A stretch of 60,550 nucleotides of DNA, filler included. It is 4 parts of 4 records of this genome, joined end to end, with 100 filler letters (N's around TTAATTAATTAA, not from the genome) between each part and the next. Parts side by side here need not be neighbours in the genome. Positions count along the whole stretch, not along the records: positions 39,587 to 60,550 come from DRR723986_2413; 3 more parts are not named here. One strand, 5' to 3'. A program made the position numbers and the translations under genes. The notes under the pieces are model-generated. The model had not been told where the DNA came from. It ran no database searches and saw only the letters and a list, made by a program, of their open reading frames with translations. Numbering within the stretch: position 1 is the first letter of the stretch; each line of letters begins with the position of its first letter. Of the stretch, positions 50,098 to 59,979 are shown piece by piece.

Positions 50098-51522
50098 GTG
50101 CAGGTTCGGCGCATTCAGCCGGCCCGTTTGGGCCTATTTATTCTCACCGCAGCATTGCTGTGTCTGATGCTCGTGTCGCGCGCATCGGCAGCCCCTTATG
50201 CGGCCATGGTCATTGACGCCAGAACAGGCGAGGTTTTGCACGCACGCAATGCCGACACCCGTTTGCATCCCGCGTCGCTGACCAAAATGATGACGCTCTA
50301 CATCGCCTTTGAGGCGGTGCGGAATGGCGAAATCACATTGGACACCAAGGTACGGATCCCCAAAGCCGCTGCGGCAGAGCCGCCGTCGAAGTTGGGATTG
50401 CGGTCTGGGCAAAAGATCGCGTTTCGCTATCTGATCCGGGCGGCAGCGGTGAAATCCGCCAATGATGCCGCCACCGCAATTGGCATCGCGATTTCGGGCT
50501 CCGAGGCGGCCTTTGCCCGGCGGATGACCCGCACGGCCAAGGCCCTGGGCATGACCCGGACCACATTCAAAAATGCCCATGGCCTGACCGAAAAGGGCCA
50601 TATGAGCACCGCGCGGGATATGACCGCGTTGGGGCGGCATCTGCTGTATGATTATCCGCAGTATTACAATCTGTTCTCGCGGCGGTCGACCAATGCGGGC
50701 ATCAAATCCGTCAACAACACCAACCGTCGCCTGCTCGCTGCCTATAAAGGCGCGGATGGCATCAAGACGGGCTATACGCAAGCGGCCGGGTTCAATCTGG
50801 TGGCGTCGGCCAAGCGCGGCAATGAGCGTGTAATTGCGACTGTTTTCGGTGGTAAATCAACATCTTCGCGGAATGCACGGGTGGCCGAGCTGTTGGACCT
50901 TGGGTTCCGTCGCGCGCCGTCGCGGGCCCCGATCAGCAAACCGAACCGTCCTGCGTATGTGGGCAACACCAGCACCGCCGTCAGCAAGACTGTGCGGGTG
51001 GCGGGTGCGCCAAAAGCCAGTCTGCGCCCGAAACTGCGCCCCGGTGGCGTTCTGGTGGCTGACAGTGTGGCTGCCAATGCCGCCAAACAGACCGACCGCA
51101 TTCAGGCCGGGATTGATGCAGCAATCGCGAATTCAGACATCGTTGCCCAGACCGAAGCCGCCAGCACCGGCACACGCCCTGCAATGCGGCCCGAAAATCT
51201 GGCCCTGTTGTCAACAACCGGACAGGGCAAAGCCATTATGCCCGAGCCCGAACAAGAGGTCGTGACCCGGCTGAGCACTTCGGGCGGGCATCTGTGGGGC
51301 ATCAATGTCGGGCGCTATACCAACCGCTATCAGGCCGAAAAGGTGCTGTTGCGCACTGCGCTGGCGGAAATGTCGACGCTGGATGGATCGTTGCGCAAAG
51401 TCAGCCAGTCCAAGCGCGGGTTCGAGGCCACGTTTCAAGGCATGACGCGCGATCAGGCGGATCTGGCCTGTCGACGCCTGAAAGCCCGCAATGTCACCTG
51501 TTTCATGATCGGGCCCTCATAA
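50098..51522 (+). CDS. D-alanyl-D-alanine carboxypeptidase with C-terminal SPOR-like domain
   Basis: PASLTKMM (SxxK), SAND and KTG; start uncertain (GTG at 50098 chosen). Confidence 0.9.
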   Translation: MQVRRIQPARLGLFILTAALLCLMLVSRASAAPYAAMVIDARTGEVLHARNADTRLHPASLTKMMTLYIAFEAVRNGEITLDTKVRIPKAAAAEPPSKLGLRSGQKIAFRYLIRAAAVKSANDAATAIGIAISGSEAAFARRMTRTAKALGMTRTTFKNAHGLTEKGHMSTARDMTALGRHLLYDYPQYYNLFSRRSTNAGIKSVNNTNRRLLAAYKGADGIKTGYTQAAGFNLVASAKRGNERVIATVFGGKSTSSRNARVAELLDLGFRRAPSRAPISKPNRPAYVGNTSTAVSKTVRVAGAPKASLRPKLRPGGVLVADSVAANAAKQTDRIQAGIDAAIANSDIVAQTEAASTGTRPAMRPENLALLSTTGQGKAIMPEPEQEVVTRLSTSGGHLWGINVGRYTNRYQAEKVLLRTALAEMSTLDGSLRKVSQSKRGFEATFQGMTRDQADLACRRLKARNVTCFMIGPS

Positions 51523-51623
51523 GACCCGACACCTACCACCTCGTGCAAATAGGCCATGGTCCCAAGCCATGGCCTTTTTCTTTGTTTACAGGGTGTGGAT
51601 GCGCGGGGGGGGGTCCCGCGTGC

Positions 51624-51788
51624 TCAGCTGCAGCGGGTCCGGTCAATTTTGAGAAACCGGCGCAGTTCCAGCCCCTTGCGGCGCTCGTGTTCCAATACAG
51701 GATGCGCGCGGGGTGCGGGGGTATGGTGGGGATCCCAAGCCTCTTGACCGGTTGAGGTTTTGATCACGGATGCAAAAATTCCTAACAT
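51624..51788 (-). CDS. 54-aa small protein divergent from LysR (not in the ORF track)
   Basis: AAGGAG RBS; MLGIFASVIKTSTGQEAWDPHHTPAPRAHPVLEHERRKGLELRRFLKIDRTRCS. Confidence 0.65.
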   Translation of the reverse strand: MLGIFASVIKTSTGQEAWDPHHTPAPRAHPVLEHERRKGLELRRFLKIDRTRCS

Positions 51789-51871
51789 ATCGAAGCTCCT
51801 TCTTCGGGGTGTGGCCTGTCTTTAAATTAAGGGATTGATGTCCGGTGGGGCAAATCAGTATGATTTCTCAA

Positions 51872-51890
51872 ATGTTAGTTGAGCTATCAT
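51872..51890. promoter_or_regulatory. putative LysR operator
   Basis: ATGTTAG-TTGAG-CTATCAT imperfect palindrome immediately upstream of the LysR start. Confidence 0.5.
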
Positions 51891-51894
51891 ATAG

Positions 51895-52770
51895 ATGAAC
51901 TGGTCCCGAATCCCATCGCTGGCCGCGCTGCGCGCCTTTGAGGCCACGGCACGCGGGCAGAGCTTTAGCAAAGCCGCGCGCGAGCTGAATGTGACCCATG
52001 CGGCCATTGCCCAGCATGTACGCAGCCTAGAGGCCGAATTCGGCGAGGCACTGGTTGTGCGACAGGGGCGTGGGTTGATCCTTAGCCCTGAGGGCCAGCA
52101 GTTGGCCGACGCCCTGAGTGCCGGGTTTGAAACCATTGCCGATGGGGTTGAGGCGTTGCGCCACCTGACCGAGGACCGGCCGCTGCATATCTCGGTAACG
52201 CCCTCGTTCGCGTCACACTGGTTGATGCCCCAGATCGGAGAGTTCTGGGCCCGTCATCCTGAGGTGCCGCTGAACATCAACCCCAGCACCGATCTGGTAG
52301 ATATGCGCCGGGGTGGGTTTGATCTGGCGATTCGCTATGGGGATGGTGATTGGCCGGGGTTGGAGGTGGAGCTGTTGACCGACGGGGATTTCTGGGTGGT
52401 GGCGCATCCCGATCTGCTGGAGGGGCGTACCACCACCTGTTTGAGCGACGTACAGGACCTGCCGTGGTTTATGGAATCGTTCATGTTGGAACGCAGTGCG
52501 CTGATCGCACAAGAAGGCGTGTCGATGGACGCCTTGAACCTGACCCTGCTGAATACCGGAGACTTGGTGATGTCGGCCACGCTCGCTGGGCTTGGCGTCA
52601 CAGTCCAGCCCCGGTCGCTGGTTGAGCGCGAAATACAAAACGGGTCTCTGATGCGGATCTGCGCGTTAAAGCAGGAAACGCTGGGCTATTACATCGTAAC
52701 CGTGCCGGGACGCAGCCCCAAGGGATTGGGGGTGTTTTCAAAGTGGTTGCTCTCAAAAGCCGATACCTGA
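51895..52770 (+). CDS. LysR family regulator (GcvA-like)
   Basis: PSLAALRAFEATAR..SFSKAARELNVTHAAI and DLAIRYG. Confidence 0.93.
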   Translation: MNWSRIPSLAALRAFEATARGQSFSKAARELNVTHAAIAQHVRSLEAEFGEALVVRQGRGLILSPEGQQLADALSAGFETIADGVEALRHLTEDRPLHISVTPSFASHWLMPQIGEFWARHPEVPLNINPSTDLVDMRRGGFDLAIRYGDGDWPGLEVELLTDGDFWVVAHPDLLEGRTTTCLSDVQDLPWFMESFMLERSALIAQEGVSMDALNLTLLNTGDLVMSATLAGLGVTVQPRSLVEREIQNGSLMRICALKQETLGYYIVTVPGRSPKGLGVFSKWLLSKADT

Positions 52771-52877
52771 AGGCGCATCAATGCCTGAAAAATGCCCGCC
52801 CCTTGTGATCTGACATTCACAGGAGCTGAAAACAGGCCAGAGCCATGACCACTTTGCGTCTGTACTTTAAGTCACGG

Positions 52878-54155
52878 TCAAGGGCTCTGAAGTTGCTTTT
52901 CGAACTGCGTTTGAATTTGACGCAACTCTTCGATGGCCGCCCGGATATTGGAACTGTCGATCACGTTGACTTCTACATGTTCCCCGACATGGCTCAGCGC
53001 TTGGGATGAAACAATACTGGAGCTCGATTTCAGCCCTTTGACCTCGTGATAGCCAATCGTTCGGGAGAACCCTCTTGGGGTCATTTCGCCTTTGAATATC
53101 GTCTCCACGGCATTTGAGATCAACGAATGCGTCGAGTGATCTATCAACGTTGTATTGGGTTCAGCGGCCCCCTGTAAGCGCGCGGCGAGGTTCACAGGGC
53201 TGCCCAGAACGGTGTAGTCCAAGCGTTGGTCCGAGCCGAAATTGCCAACCGTGCAATACCCCGTCGCGATCCCCATCCGAACCCGGAGTCCGTTTGGCAC
53301 CCCAAGTTTGCGCCAATATCCCTGCAACTCTGCCACCCGGGCCTGCATGCGCAGCGCCATGTCCACGCATTTAAGCGCGTCTTTGACTTCGCCTTCGCTG
53401 TCGGGATCGCCAAAAAACACCAGAACGGCGTCTCCGATAAATTTGTCGATTGTTCCCCCGCATTCAATCGCGATCTTGGTCATCTCGGACAGGTAGGAGT
53501 TGATGACCGCGGCCAGCCGCTCGGGTTCCAGAGTGTCGCTCAGGTCAGTGAACTGTACGATATCAGAGAAAAAGACAGTCAGGTTTTTACGCGCATGCCT
53601 GTTCACGACGTTTTCTGATTGCGAAAAAATGCTGCTGTAGATTTGCGGTGAAAGGTATTTTGCCAATCGGTTTGCGAGGATTTCCAGCTGCCGGCTTTTT
53701 TCCTCGATGATTTCGCGGTCGCGGATCTTTTGTTCAAGCAGGTCTTCGCGTTCTTTTTTCAACTGCCATTCCAGCGTGCGGTCCACGAACTGACCCTGAA
53801 CGCCATTCAAGTACGAAAAATCCAGATCCTTGGTATGCGTTGACAGCAGCGAATAGATTTTTTCCTGCCCGTCGATGGTTATGTGAACCTCGGGCAACAG
53901 AACAGAGCCTTGGCTGCTCAGCTCGGACACAAAGGTGTCGATCTGTTTGCCCGGAATATTCAGTTGCTCCAGCACATCCAGCAACGAGGCATTTGTAACG
54001 TTTCCAAGGATCGGAAAGAACGATTTAAAGTTGCTGTTGACGCGCTGAATTTCCAGATCCTGATTGGCAAAATACGCTGCCGTAATCGCGTTTCGAAAAT
54101 TGAAAAAACTTAAGTCCAGGATACTCTTTTCGCTAAAAAACTGTTCGGCATTCAT
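52878..54155 (-). CDS. class III adenylate/guanylate cyclase with N-terminal PAS-like region
   Basis: TVFFSDIVQFT, DKFIGDA, VGNFGS and YTVLGSPVNLAARLQ. Confidence 0.9.
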   Translation of the reverse strand: MNAEQFFSEKSILDLSFFNFRNAITAAYFANQDLEIQRVNSNFKSFFPILGNVTNASLLDVLEQLNIPGKQIDTFVSELSSQGSVLLPEVHITIDGQEKIYSLLSTHTKDLDFSYLNGVQGQFVDRTLEWQLKKEREDLLEQKIRDREIIEEKSRQLEILANRLAKYLSPQIYSSIFSQSENVVNRHARKNLTVFFSDIVQFTDLSDTLEPERLAAVINSYLSEMTKIAIECGGTIDKFIGDAVLVFFGDPDSEGEVKDALKCVDMALRMQARVAELQGYWRKLGVPNGLRVRMGIATGYCTVGNFGSDQRLDYTVLGSPVNLAARLQGAAEPNTTLIDHSTHSLISNAVETIFKGEMTPRGFSRTIGYHEVKGLKSSSSIVSSQALSHVGEHVEVNVIDSSNIRAAIEELRQIQTQFEKQLQSP

Positions 54156-54604
54156 TAAAATCCCCCCTAAAGATTATTGAATGTTAGCTCATCTTTGACC
54201 ATTCCAGTTGAACGCGTTTCCCTGTCACGCCCCCCAAGTCGTGACACAATACGGGACGCAGACGATCAAAAAGATCTTGGGCACCGGCGGCGCATCCCCG
54301 GAAAGAGACGCGTCCCCGTGGTTAAGTGCAGTCCGCAAAATCCCAACGATCAATGCAGTATGTAACGCTTTGCGCGGCGTTCCGTCCCCGAATACCAAAA
54401 GTATCAGACGAGGTGTTTTGCAGCTGCGTTGGCTATCTCGTTGTGTGCGTTCGGCTAGATTTGGTCCACTGTGTGTTCACATACGAAACCCGCACCCAAC
54501 CAAAAGCAAGGAATTTTAGACAAAACAGCGAAACAGGGTGTTTTCACTCAGCTTTGTTTCGGTTCTGCCGTAAACTGGCTGCCAATACGCCTAATATTCG
54601 ACCT

Positions 54605-55366
54605 TTAGCGGTCGAATTTAGTCACGCTCACCCCGCCGCCGGTCAGGCAATCGCGCACAGATTTGGCCAGTTGCACCGCTGTTGGCGTGTCGCCATGCAG
54701 GCATATGGTGTCGATCGACGTCTCAATATGTTTGCCGCTTTCGGTGATGATCGCGCCCGCTTGCACCATCTCAAGGATGCGCGGACCGGCGATGGCCGGG
54801 TCGTGGATCACCGCGCCGGGCAGGGAGCGATCCACCAGTGTGCCGTCGTCGTTGTAGGCGCGATCGGCAAAGATCTCGCCCACCCATTTGCAGCCCAGAT
54901 CACGCACGGTGGCCTCTTGCTTGGTGGCGGCCAGCACCATGATGATGATGTCCGGGTCCACGTCCAGCGCGCCCTGATAGCAGGCCCGCGCCATATCGGC
55001 GTCCACCGAACACATATTGGCCAGTGCGCCGTGCAGTTTCAGGTGGCGCACTTTGACGCCCAGCGCGTCGGCCATGCCCCGCGCCGCGCCCAGCTGATAG
55101 CGCACCATGTTGCGCAGGGTGTCATGGGGCACTTTCATATTGCGCCGCCCGAACCCTTGCAGGTCGGGAAAGCCGGGGTGGGCGCCGATGCCGACGCCGT
55201 TTTCTGCGGCCAGTGTCATGGTTTTGGCCATCACGTCCGGGTCGCCCGCGTGAAAGCCGCAGGCGATATTGGCGCTGGTGATGGTTTTCAGCAGGCTGGC
55301 GTCATCGCCCATGTTCCACGGGCCAAAGCTTTCGCCCATATCGGCGTTCAGATCGACGGATGTCAT
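54605..55366 (-). CDS. pxpA: 5-oxoprolinase subunit A (LamB/YcsF)
   Basis: DLNADMGES, ANIACGFHAGD, GAHP, FADRAY and ICLHGD. Confidence 0.93.
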   Translation of the reverse strand: MTSVDLNADMGESFGPWNMGDDASLLKTITSANIACGFHAGDPDVMAKTMTLAAENGVGIGAHPGFPDLQGFGRRNMKVPHDTLRNMVRYQLGAARGMADALGVKVRHLKLHGALANMCSVDADMARACYQGALDVDPDIIIMVLAATKQEATVRDLGCKWVGEIFADRAYNDDGTLVDRSLPGAVIHDPAIAGPRILEMVQAGAIITESGKHIETSIDTICLHGDTPTAVQLAKSVRDCLTGGGVSVTKFDR

Positions 55367-55369
55367 GGC

Positions 55370-56377
55370 TCAGGTTTCCTTTTCAGACGCGGAGATCATC
55401 CCGCCTATCAATTGGTAGGATAACAAATCGGGAATGTCATGGGGGTCGCGGATCAGCGGTTCGACCTTGCCCGGCAGTTTTGCCAGCTCTTTGGCAAAGG
55501 CGGCTTGGGCGGTGGCCGCCTCTTCCAGCGTGACAAACTGGAACCGGATGGGCGCGCCTGCGGGTGTTTGCGCGGCGCGGGGCAGATCGCAGGGCAGAAC
55601 GGTGCCGATCCTTGGGTATCCGCCGGTGGTCTGGCATTCGGGCAGAAGGATGAACGGATTGCCGGTGCCGGTCATCTGGATGTCCCCTTGGGTGATGACC
55701 TCGGACAGGATGTTGAGCTGACCGGCGGCGGCAAAGCCTTCGCCTGCGCTCTCCATCTGCATGCCCATGCGGTTGGCGCGGGGGCCACGGGTGAAGTCTG
55801 TGGCTTCGAACCGATCCAGTGTCTCTTGCGCAAAGAGTGCGGTTTGGAAGCTGGGCACGATACGTAATGTGCCGCCTGTCAGGCGCGGCGCGGGGGTGAG
55901 TTTCATGCCGGTGCGCGCTGTGTCTGCGCCTGCTGGTAGCCTGTCGCCAACCTGCACCCCCTGCCCCACTTTGGCGGTCAGGTGCACGGCGCGCGATCCC
56001 AGCACAACGGGTGTATCAATGCCGCCCGCCAGATGCAGATAGCCATACCCGCCCTTGAGCACAGCCCCCAGCGACAGGCGTTGCCCTTTGAGCAGTTGGT
56101 GTGACGCGTTCCACGCGATTGCACTGCCGTCGATACTGGCCTGCATCGGGGCGCCGGTCAGGGCGATGGCGGTGTCTTGGGTGGCCTCGAATTCGCCGCC
56201 CATTCCGGCCATTTCCAGCGCGGCCAATGTCGGGCTTTGGCCCAGCAGGGCCGCGCCCTCGAACAGGGCCAACAGATCCGCTGCACCAGACCGGGACAGA
56301 CCCTGATCCAGATACCCTTGGCGGCCCTGATCCTGAATGGTGCAAGCGGGGCCGATGCGGTGGACGATCAGGCTCAT
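55370..56377 (-). CDS. pxpC: 5-oxoprolinase subunit C
   Basis: IQDQGR.G, SGAAD, NRMG and QTTGGYPRI. Confidence 0.9.
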   Translation of the reverse strand: MSLIVHRIGPACTIQDQGRQGYLDQGLSRSGAADLLALFEGAALLGQSPTLAALEMAGMGGEFEATQDTAIALTGAPMQASIDGSAIAWNASHQLLKGQRLSLGAVLKGGYGYLHLAGGIDTPVVLGSRAVHLTAKVGQGVQVGDRLPAGADTARTGMKLTPAPRLTGGTLRIVPSFQTALFAQETLDRFEATDFTRGPRANRMGMQMESAGEGFAAAGQLNILSEVITQGDIQMTGTGNPFILLPECQTTGGYPRIGTVLPCDLPRAAQTPAGAPIRFQFVTLEEAATAQAAFAKELAKLPGKVEPLIRDPHDIPDLLSYQLIGGMISASEKET

Positions 56378-57135
56378 GTCGTGATCTCCTCACAGGTGGC
56401 ACCGCCTCTGCCGTCTGCGTTGTTGGCGCGGATCTGGTCCAGTTCGGGCTTGGTGATGGGGTGGAACATCATTTCGTCGCCGGGGTTGAGCGCGAAGCTC
56501 TGCTCCATTTCCGGACGGAAACAGCGGAATGCGGTTTGGCCCACGTGACGCCAGCCGGTGGGGGTTGGACCAGAGAACAGCACGAATTGCGAAATCGCCA
56601 ACACCAGCGCGCCCTCGGGCACCATCGGGTTCAGCTCTTGCAGGCGGGGGATGTTGAATTCGGGACCCAGCGGCCCGAGGTAGGGCTGACCCGGCGCGAA
56701 CCCAATGGTGAGCACCCGGACACGGGAGGCCGCCAATCGGGTGATGGCGTCAGAGGCCGACAGGCCCGCGGCCGCAGCCGCATCTTCGAGTTGCGGCGCA
56801 AGGTCTGTGCCATAGACCGTCGGCACCCGCCAGAGCTTGCGCCCGGTGGGCAGTGCCTCGGCGTACCAGTCGCGGGTGGCGAGCAGCGCGTTCAGGCGCG
56901 TGGCAATTTCTGTGTGCGGGATCTGTAGCGGATCGAACCGGATATAGGCCGAGGCAAGCGAGGTTGAGGTCTCGATCACCCCGTCCCAGCCTGCGCCCTC
57001 TAACGCGCCGCGAAACGCGAGGGCGGCGCGGTTTGAGGGTTCAGTCATGGTGTCGGCAAAGCTGACCAGCATGCCGTCCAGCCCGACATTGCGCACCAGC
57101 GGATAGGGATCAGATGGCTGAGGGGCGTGGGGCAT
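56374..57135 (-). CDS. pxpB: 5-oxoprolinase subunit B
   Basis: VPTVYG, IGFAPGQPYL and PTGWRHVG. Confidence 0.9.
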   Translation of the reverse strand: MPHAPQPSDPYPLVRNVGLDGMLVSFADTMTEPSNRAALAFRGALEGAGWDGVIETSTSLASAYIRFDPLQIPHTEIATRLNALLATRDWYAEALPTGRKLWRVPTVYGTDLAPQLEDAAAAAGLSASDAITRLAASRVRVLTIGFAPGQPYLGPLGPEFNIPRLQELNPMVPEGALVLAISQFVLFSGPTPTGWRHVGQTAFRCFRPEMEQSFALNPGDEMMFHPITKPELDQIRANNADGRGGATCEEITT

Positions 57136-58042
57136 AGAGTCTCCGCAAGAGTGTTGGGGTCAGGTACATTGGGAATTGATAGCAGCCAAGGAAAACCAAA
57201 AGGGGTTCGGTCGTCTCAGGTGGCAGCGCCACAAGGAACAGGGCAAAGTTGCGGTTGCCCGATACGATGCTGACGGGCACCGCGTCGCGACGGTCCAGCG
57301 CGCTAAGGCTCAGAAAGCTCACGATTTGCGCGCCGAAATTGATGCCAAAGGCCGCAAGCAGCCAGAACCCCAGCTCCCACGGGTCGCGGTCCCATGCAGG
57401 GCGGATGGCGGACATCAGGGCAATTACGATCACCGCCAGCGCGATCACTGTCACCCCATCAACCGAGGCGCGGTTGCGGTCCGACAGGGTGCGAAAGCCC
57501 CAGTATCGCAGGGCAAAGCCCAGCACAGCGGCGGTCAGGATGACACTGAGCAAGCGGGCAGCGGCGCGCAACACTTCGCCCACGCCACCCAGTTCGGGCA
57601 GGAAGAAAAACACCGGGATACAGGTCAGCGGCAGGATGGCGGTGCCAAGGATCAACAGGCGCAGCGCCGGGGCTGGGTCATGGCCCAGAAGGATCGAAAA
57701 GTTGGCCGACCCAGTCACCGAAGGTGCGGCTAGAACCAGCACCGCCGCCATGGCCAGAGGTGTCAGCGGCAGGCCAAACAGCCAGAGGCAGGCGATGAAC
57801 CCCAGCGGCAGAACCAGTTGCAGCACCAGTGCGGTTGCGGCGGTGCGGGTCAGGGCATCGAGGCTTTCGACGGCCTCAATCGGGCCGATGCGAAAGGCGG
57901 TCAGAAACAGCAGCAGCGCCACCATTTCCGGGATCCACGGGCGCATCACAGCGGCGAGGCCGGGCAATAACAGCCCGGCCACCAGCCCGATAATCAGGCC
58001 AAACTTGCCATGACGGGCGATGAACGCCAGTCCGAGGTGCAT
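57110..58042 (-). CDS. membrane transporter, bile acid:sodium symporter/Acr3-like
   Basis: About 10 TM segments; AAPS and GNRN crossover-like motifs. Confidence 0.6.
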   Translation of the reverse strand: MHLGLAFIARHGKFGLIIGLVAGLLLPGLAAVMRPWIPEMVALLLFLTAFRIGPIEAVESLDALTRTAATALVLQLVLPLGFIACLWLFGLPLTPLAMAAVLVLAAPSVTGSANFSILLGHDPAPALRLLILGTAILPLTCIPVFFFLPELGGVGEVLRAAARLLSVILTAAVLGFALRYWGFRTLSDRNRASVDGVTVIALAVIVIALMSAIRPAWDRDPWELGFWLLAAFGINFGAQIVSFLSLSALDRRDAVPVSIVSGNRNFALFLVALPPETTEPLLVFLGCYQFPMYLTPTLLRRLYAPRPSAI

Positions 58043-58062
58043 GGTATCCGCTCCTTACCCAA

Positions 58063-59382
58063 TCACCCGTTGGGTCCGGACCTGAGGTTATCCGGTAGCC
58101 ATGTGGCCAGTTCCGGGAAGGCGATCAGGACAAAGACCATCACAACCATAATCAGGAACATCGGGAACGCGGCCCGGGCGATAAAGCCCATTTCATGATG
58201 CGTCATACCTTGCATCACAAAGAGGTTGAACCCGATCGGCGGCGTGATCTGCGCCATTTCGACGACCACCACGATGAAGATACCAAACCAGATCAAATCG
58301 ATGCCCGCGCTGCGCACAACCGGCTCCAGCACCGCCATGGTCAGAACCACGGTGGAAATACCGTCCAGAAAACAACCCAGAATGATGTAGAACACCAAGA
58401 GGACCATCAGCAGCCAGAATTTGGAGAATTCCCAGCTGGCGATCAGTTCGGCCAGTTCCTTTGGCAATCCGGTTTTGGCCATCGCGAACTTGAGGAAGGC
58501 CGAGCCAGCAAGGATCAGAGCGATCATGGCTGAGGTGCGAACAGCGCCGATGGTGCTTTCCTTGAAGGTCGTCCATGTCAGCGAGCCTTGGATTAGGGCC
58601 AGCGTCCATGCGCCCACAACACCAATGGCCGCGGCCTCGGTCGGGGTGGCAAAGCCAAGGTACATCGACCCGATCACCACCAGAACCAACAGGATCACCG
58701 GGATCAAAAAGCGCGAGTTCTTGAGCTTGTCCATAAAGGACATGCCGTCTTCTTGGTCGGGGTTCCAGCTTTTGGAGAGTTTGGAGTAGACCGCCACGTA
58801 GATCATGAACATGGACGCCAGCACGAGGCCCGGTATCACGCCTGCAAAGAACAGTTTGATGATCGACACGCCATCAATGGTCACACCGTAGACGATCAGC
58901 GTCAGCGAGGGCGGGATCATCAGACCCAGCGTCGCAGCGCCAGCCAGCGTGCCGATGGTCATCTGTTCAGGATAGTTCCGCTTGCGCAGTTCCGGGATCG
59001 ACATTTTGCCAACCGTGGTCAGTGTCGCGGCCGAGCTGCCAGAGACGGCGGCAAAGACGGTACAGCCCACGATATTGGCATGCACCAGACCGCCGGGCAG
59101 TTTCGCCATCCAAGGGGATAGACCTTTGAACATGTCCTCGGACAGGCGGGTGCGGAACAGGATTTCCCCCATCCAGATGAACATGGGCAGCGCCGCAAGT
59201 TCCCAGGATTTAGAGGCGGACCAGATCTGGCTGACCATGTCTTGGCCAATGGTGGTCGAGTTCGAGAACATTTCCAGCGCGACCCAAGAGACGCCCATCA
59301 TGGCGATGCCGACCCAGACACCACTGCCCAAGAGCAGAAACAGAACCCCGAGGAAAATCAGGACAAGTACGAGATAGTCCAT
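58063..59382 (-). CDS. dctM: TRAP transporter large permease
   Basis: ALPMFIWMGE, AAVSGSSAAT, MIPPSL and ITPPIGFNLFV. Confidence 0.93.
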   Translation of the reverse strand: MDYLVLVLIFLGVLFLLLGSGVWVGIAMMGVSWVALEMFSNSTTIGQDMVSQIWSASKSWELAALPMFIWMGEILFRTRLSEDMFKGLSPWMAKLPGGLVHANIVGCTVFAAVSGSSAATLTTVGKMSIPELRKRNYPEQMTIGTLAGAATLGLMIPPSLTLIVYGVTIDGVSIIKLFFAGVIPGLVLASMFMIYVAVYSKLSKSWNPDQEDGMSFMDKLKNSRFLIPVILLVLVVIGSMYLGFATPTEAAAIGVVGAWTLALIQGSLTWTTFKESTIGAVRTSAMIALILAGSAFLKFAMAKTGLPKELAELIASWEFSKFWLLMVLLVFYIILGCFLDGISTVVLTMAVLEPVVRSAGIDLIWFGIFIVVVVEMAQITPPIGFNLFVMQGMTHHEMGFIARAAFPMFLIMVVMVFVLIAFPELATWLPDNLRSGPNG

Positions 59383-59385
59383 GTC

Positions 59386-59916
59386 TCAGACCTCCTGCGT
59401 TTCGATGTTATCGTTTTTGATGCGATGATGCCCTCTGAAGATCAGATGCAGCAGGTTGTCGGTGAGCGCGATGGCCAGAATGACGCCGCCAATGATCATC
59501 ACAGACTGCGGGATCCACAGCGCGGTTTTATCCTGCGCCTGACTGACGTCGTTGAATTTCCACGACCAGTAGACGAATTGCCGAGCATGCCAGCAAAAGT
59601 ACCAAACGGTGGCCGCCGCAACGGCAAAGCACCAGATATCGACATATCGTTTGGCCTTTGGTCCGACTGCATTCAACAAGAGGGACACGCGGATGTGCGA
59701 GCCCCGGTTCAGTGCTGCGCCAAAGCCCATGAACGACGCCGCGGCCATAAAGTAAGCGGCATATTCTGGCGCGCCGGGAAAGACCTCGGACGACCATCGG
59801 GCCAGCATCTGCAGAACGATCAAGCCAAGGATGGCGATCATGCAGAGGGCCGCAAGGAATTCAGCAAAGCGATAGATAAAGTCGAGTCCAGCCCGTAGGC
59901 CGCGCAGGACGCCCAT
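59386..59916 (-). CDS. dctQ: TRAP transporter small permease
   Basis: Four TM segments; GSHIRV motif; lies between dctP and dctM. Confidence 0.9.
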   Translation of the reverse strand: MGVLRGLRAGLDFIYRFAEFLAALCMIAILGLIVLQMLARWSSEVFPGAPEYAAYFMAAASFMGFGAALNRGSHIRVSLLLNAVGPKAKRYVDIWCFAVAAATVWYFCWHARQFVYWSWKFNDVSQAQDKTALWIPQSVMIIGGVILAIALTDNLLHLIFRGHHRIKNDNIETQEV

Positions 59917-59942
59917 TGTGTCACCCTCCTATTGGATGCAAA

Positions 59943-59969
59943 TCGGGCGGCACGTGACGCGCCGCCCGA
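59943..59969. terminator. intercistronic stem-loop after dctP
   Basis: TCGGGCGGC...GCCGCCCGA 9-bp stem. Confidence 0.6.
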
Positions 59970-59979
59970 CGAATTTTAG

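Noticed and set aside
54326-55423. 365-aa plus-strand ORF, and similar long antisense ORFs such as 21471-22853 and 22911-23990
   Set aside because: Shadow ORFs opposite well-supported genes in GC-rich DNA
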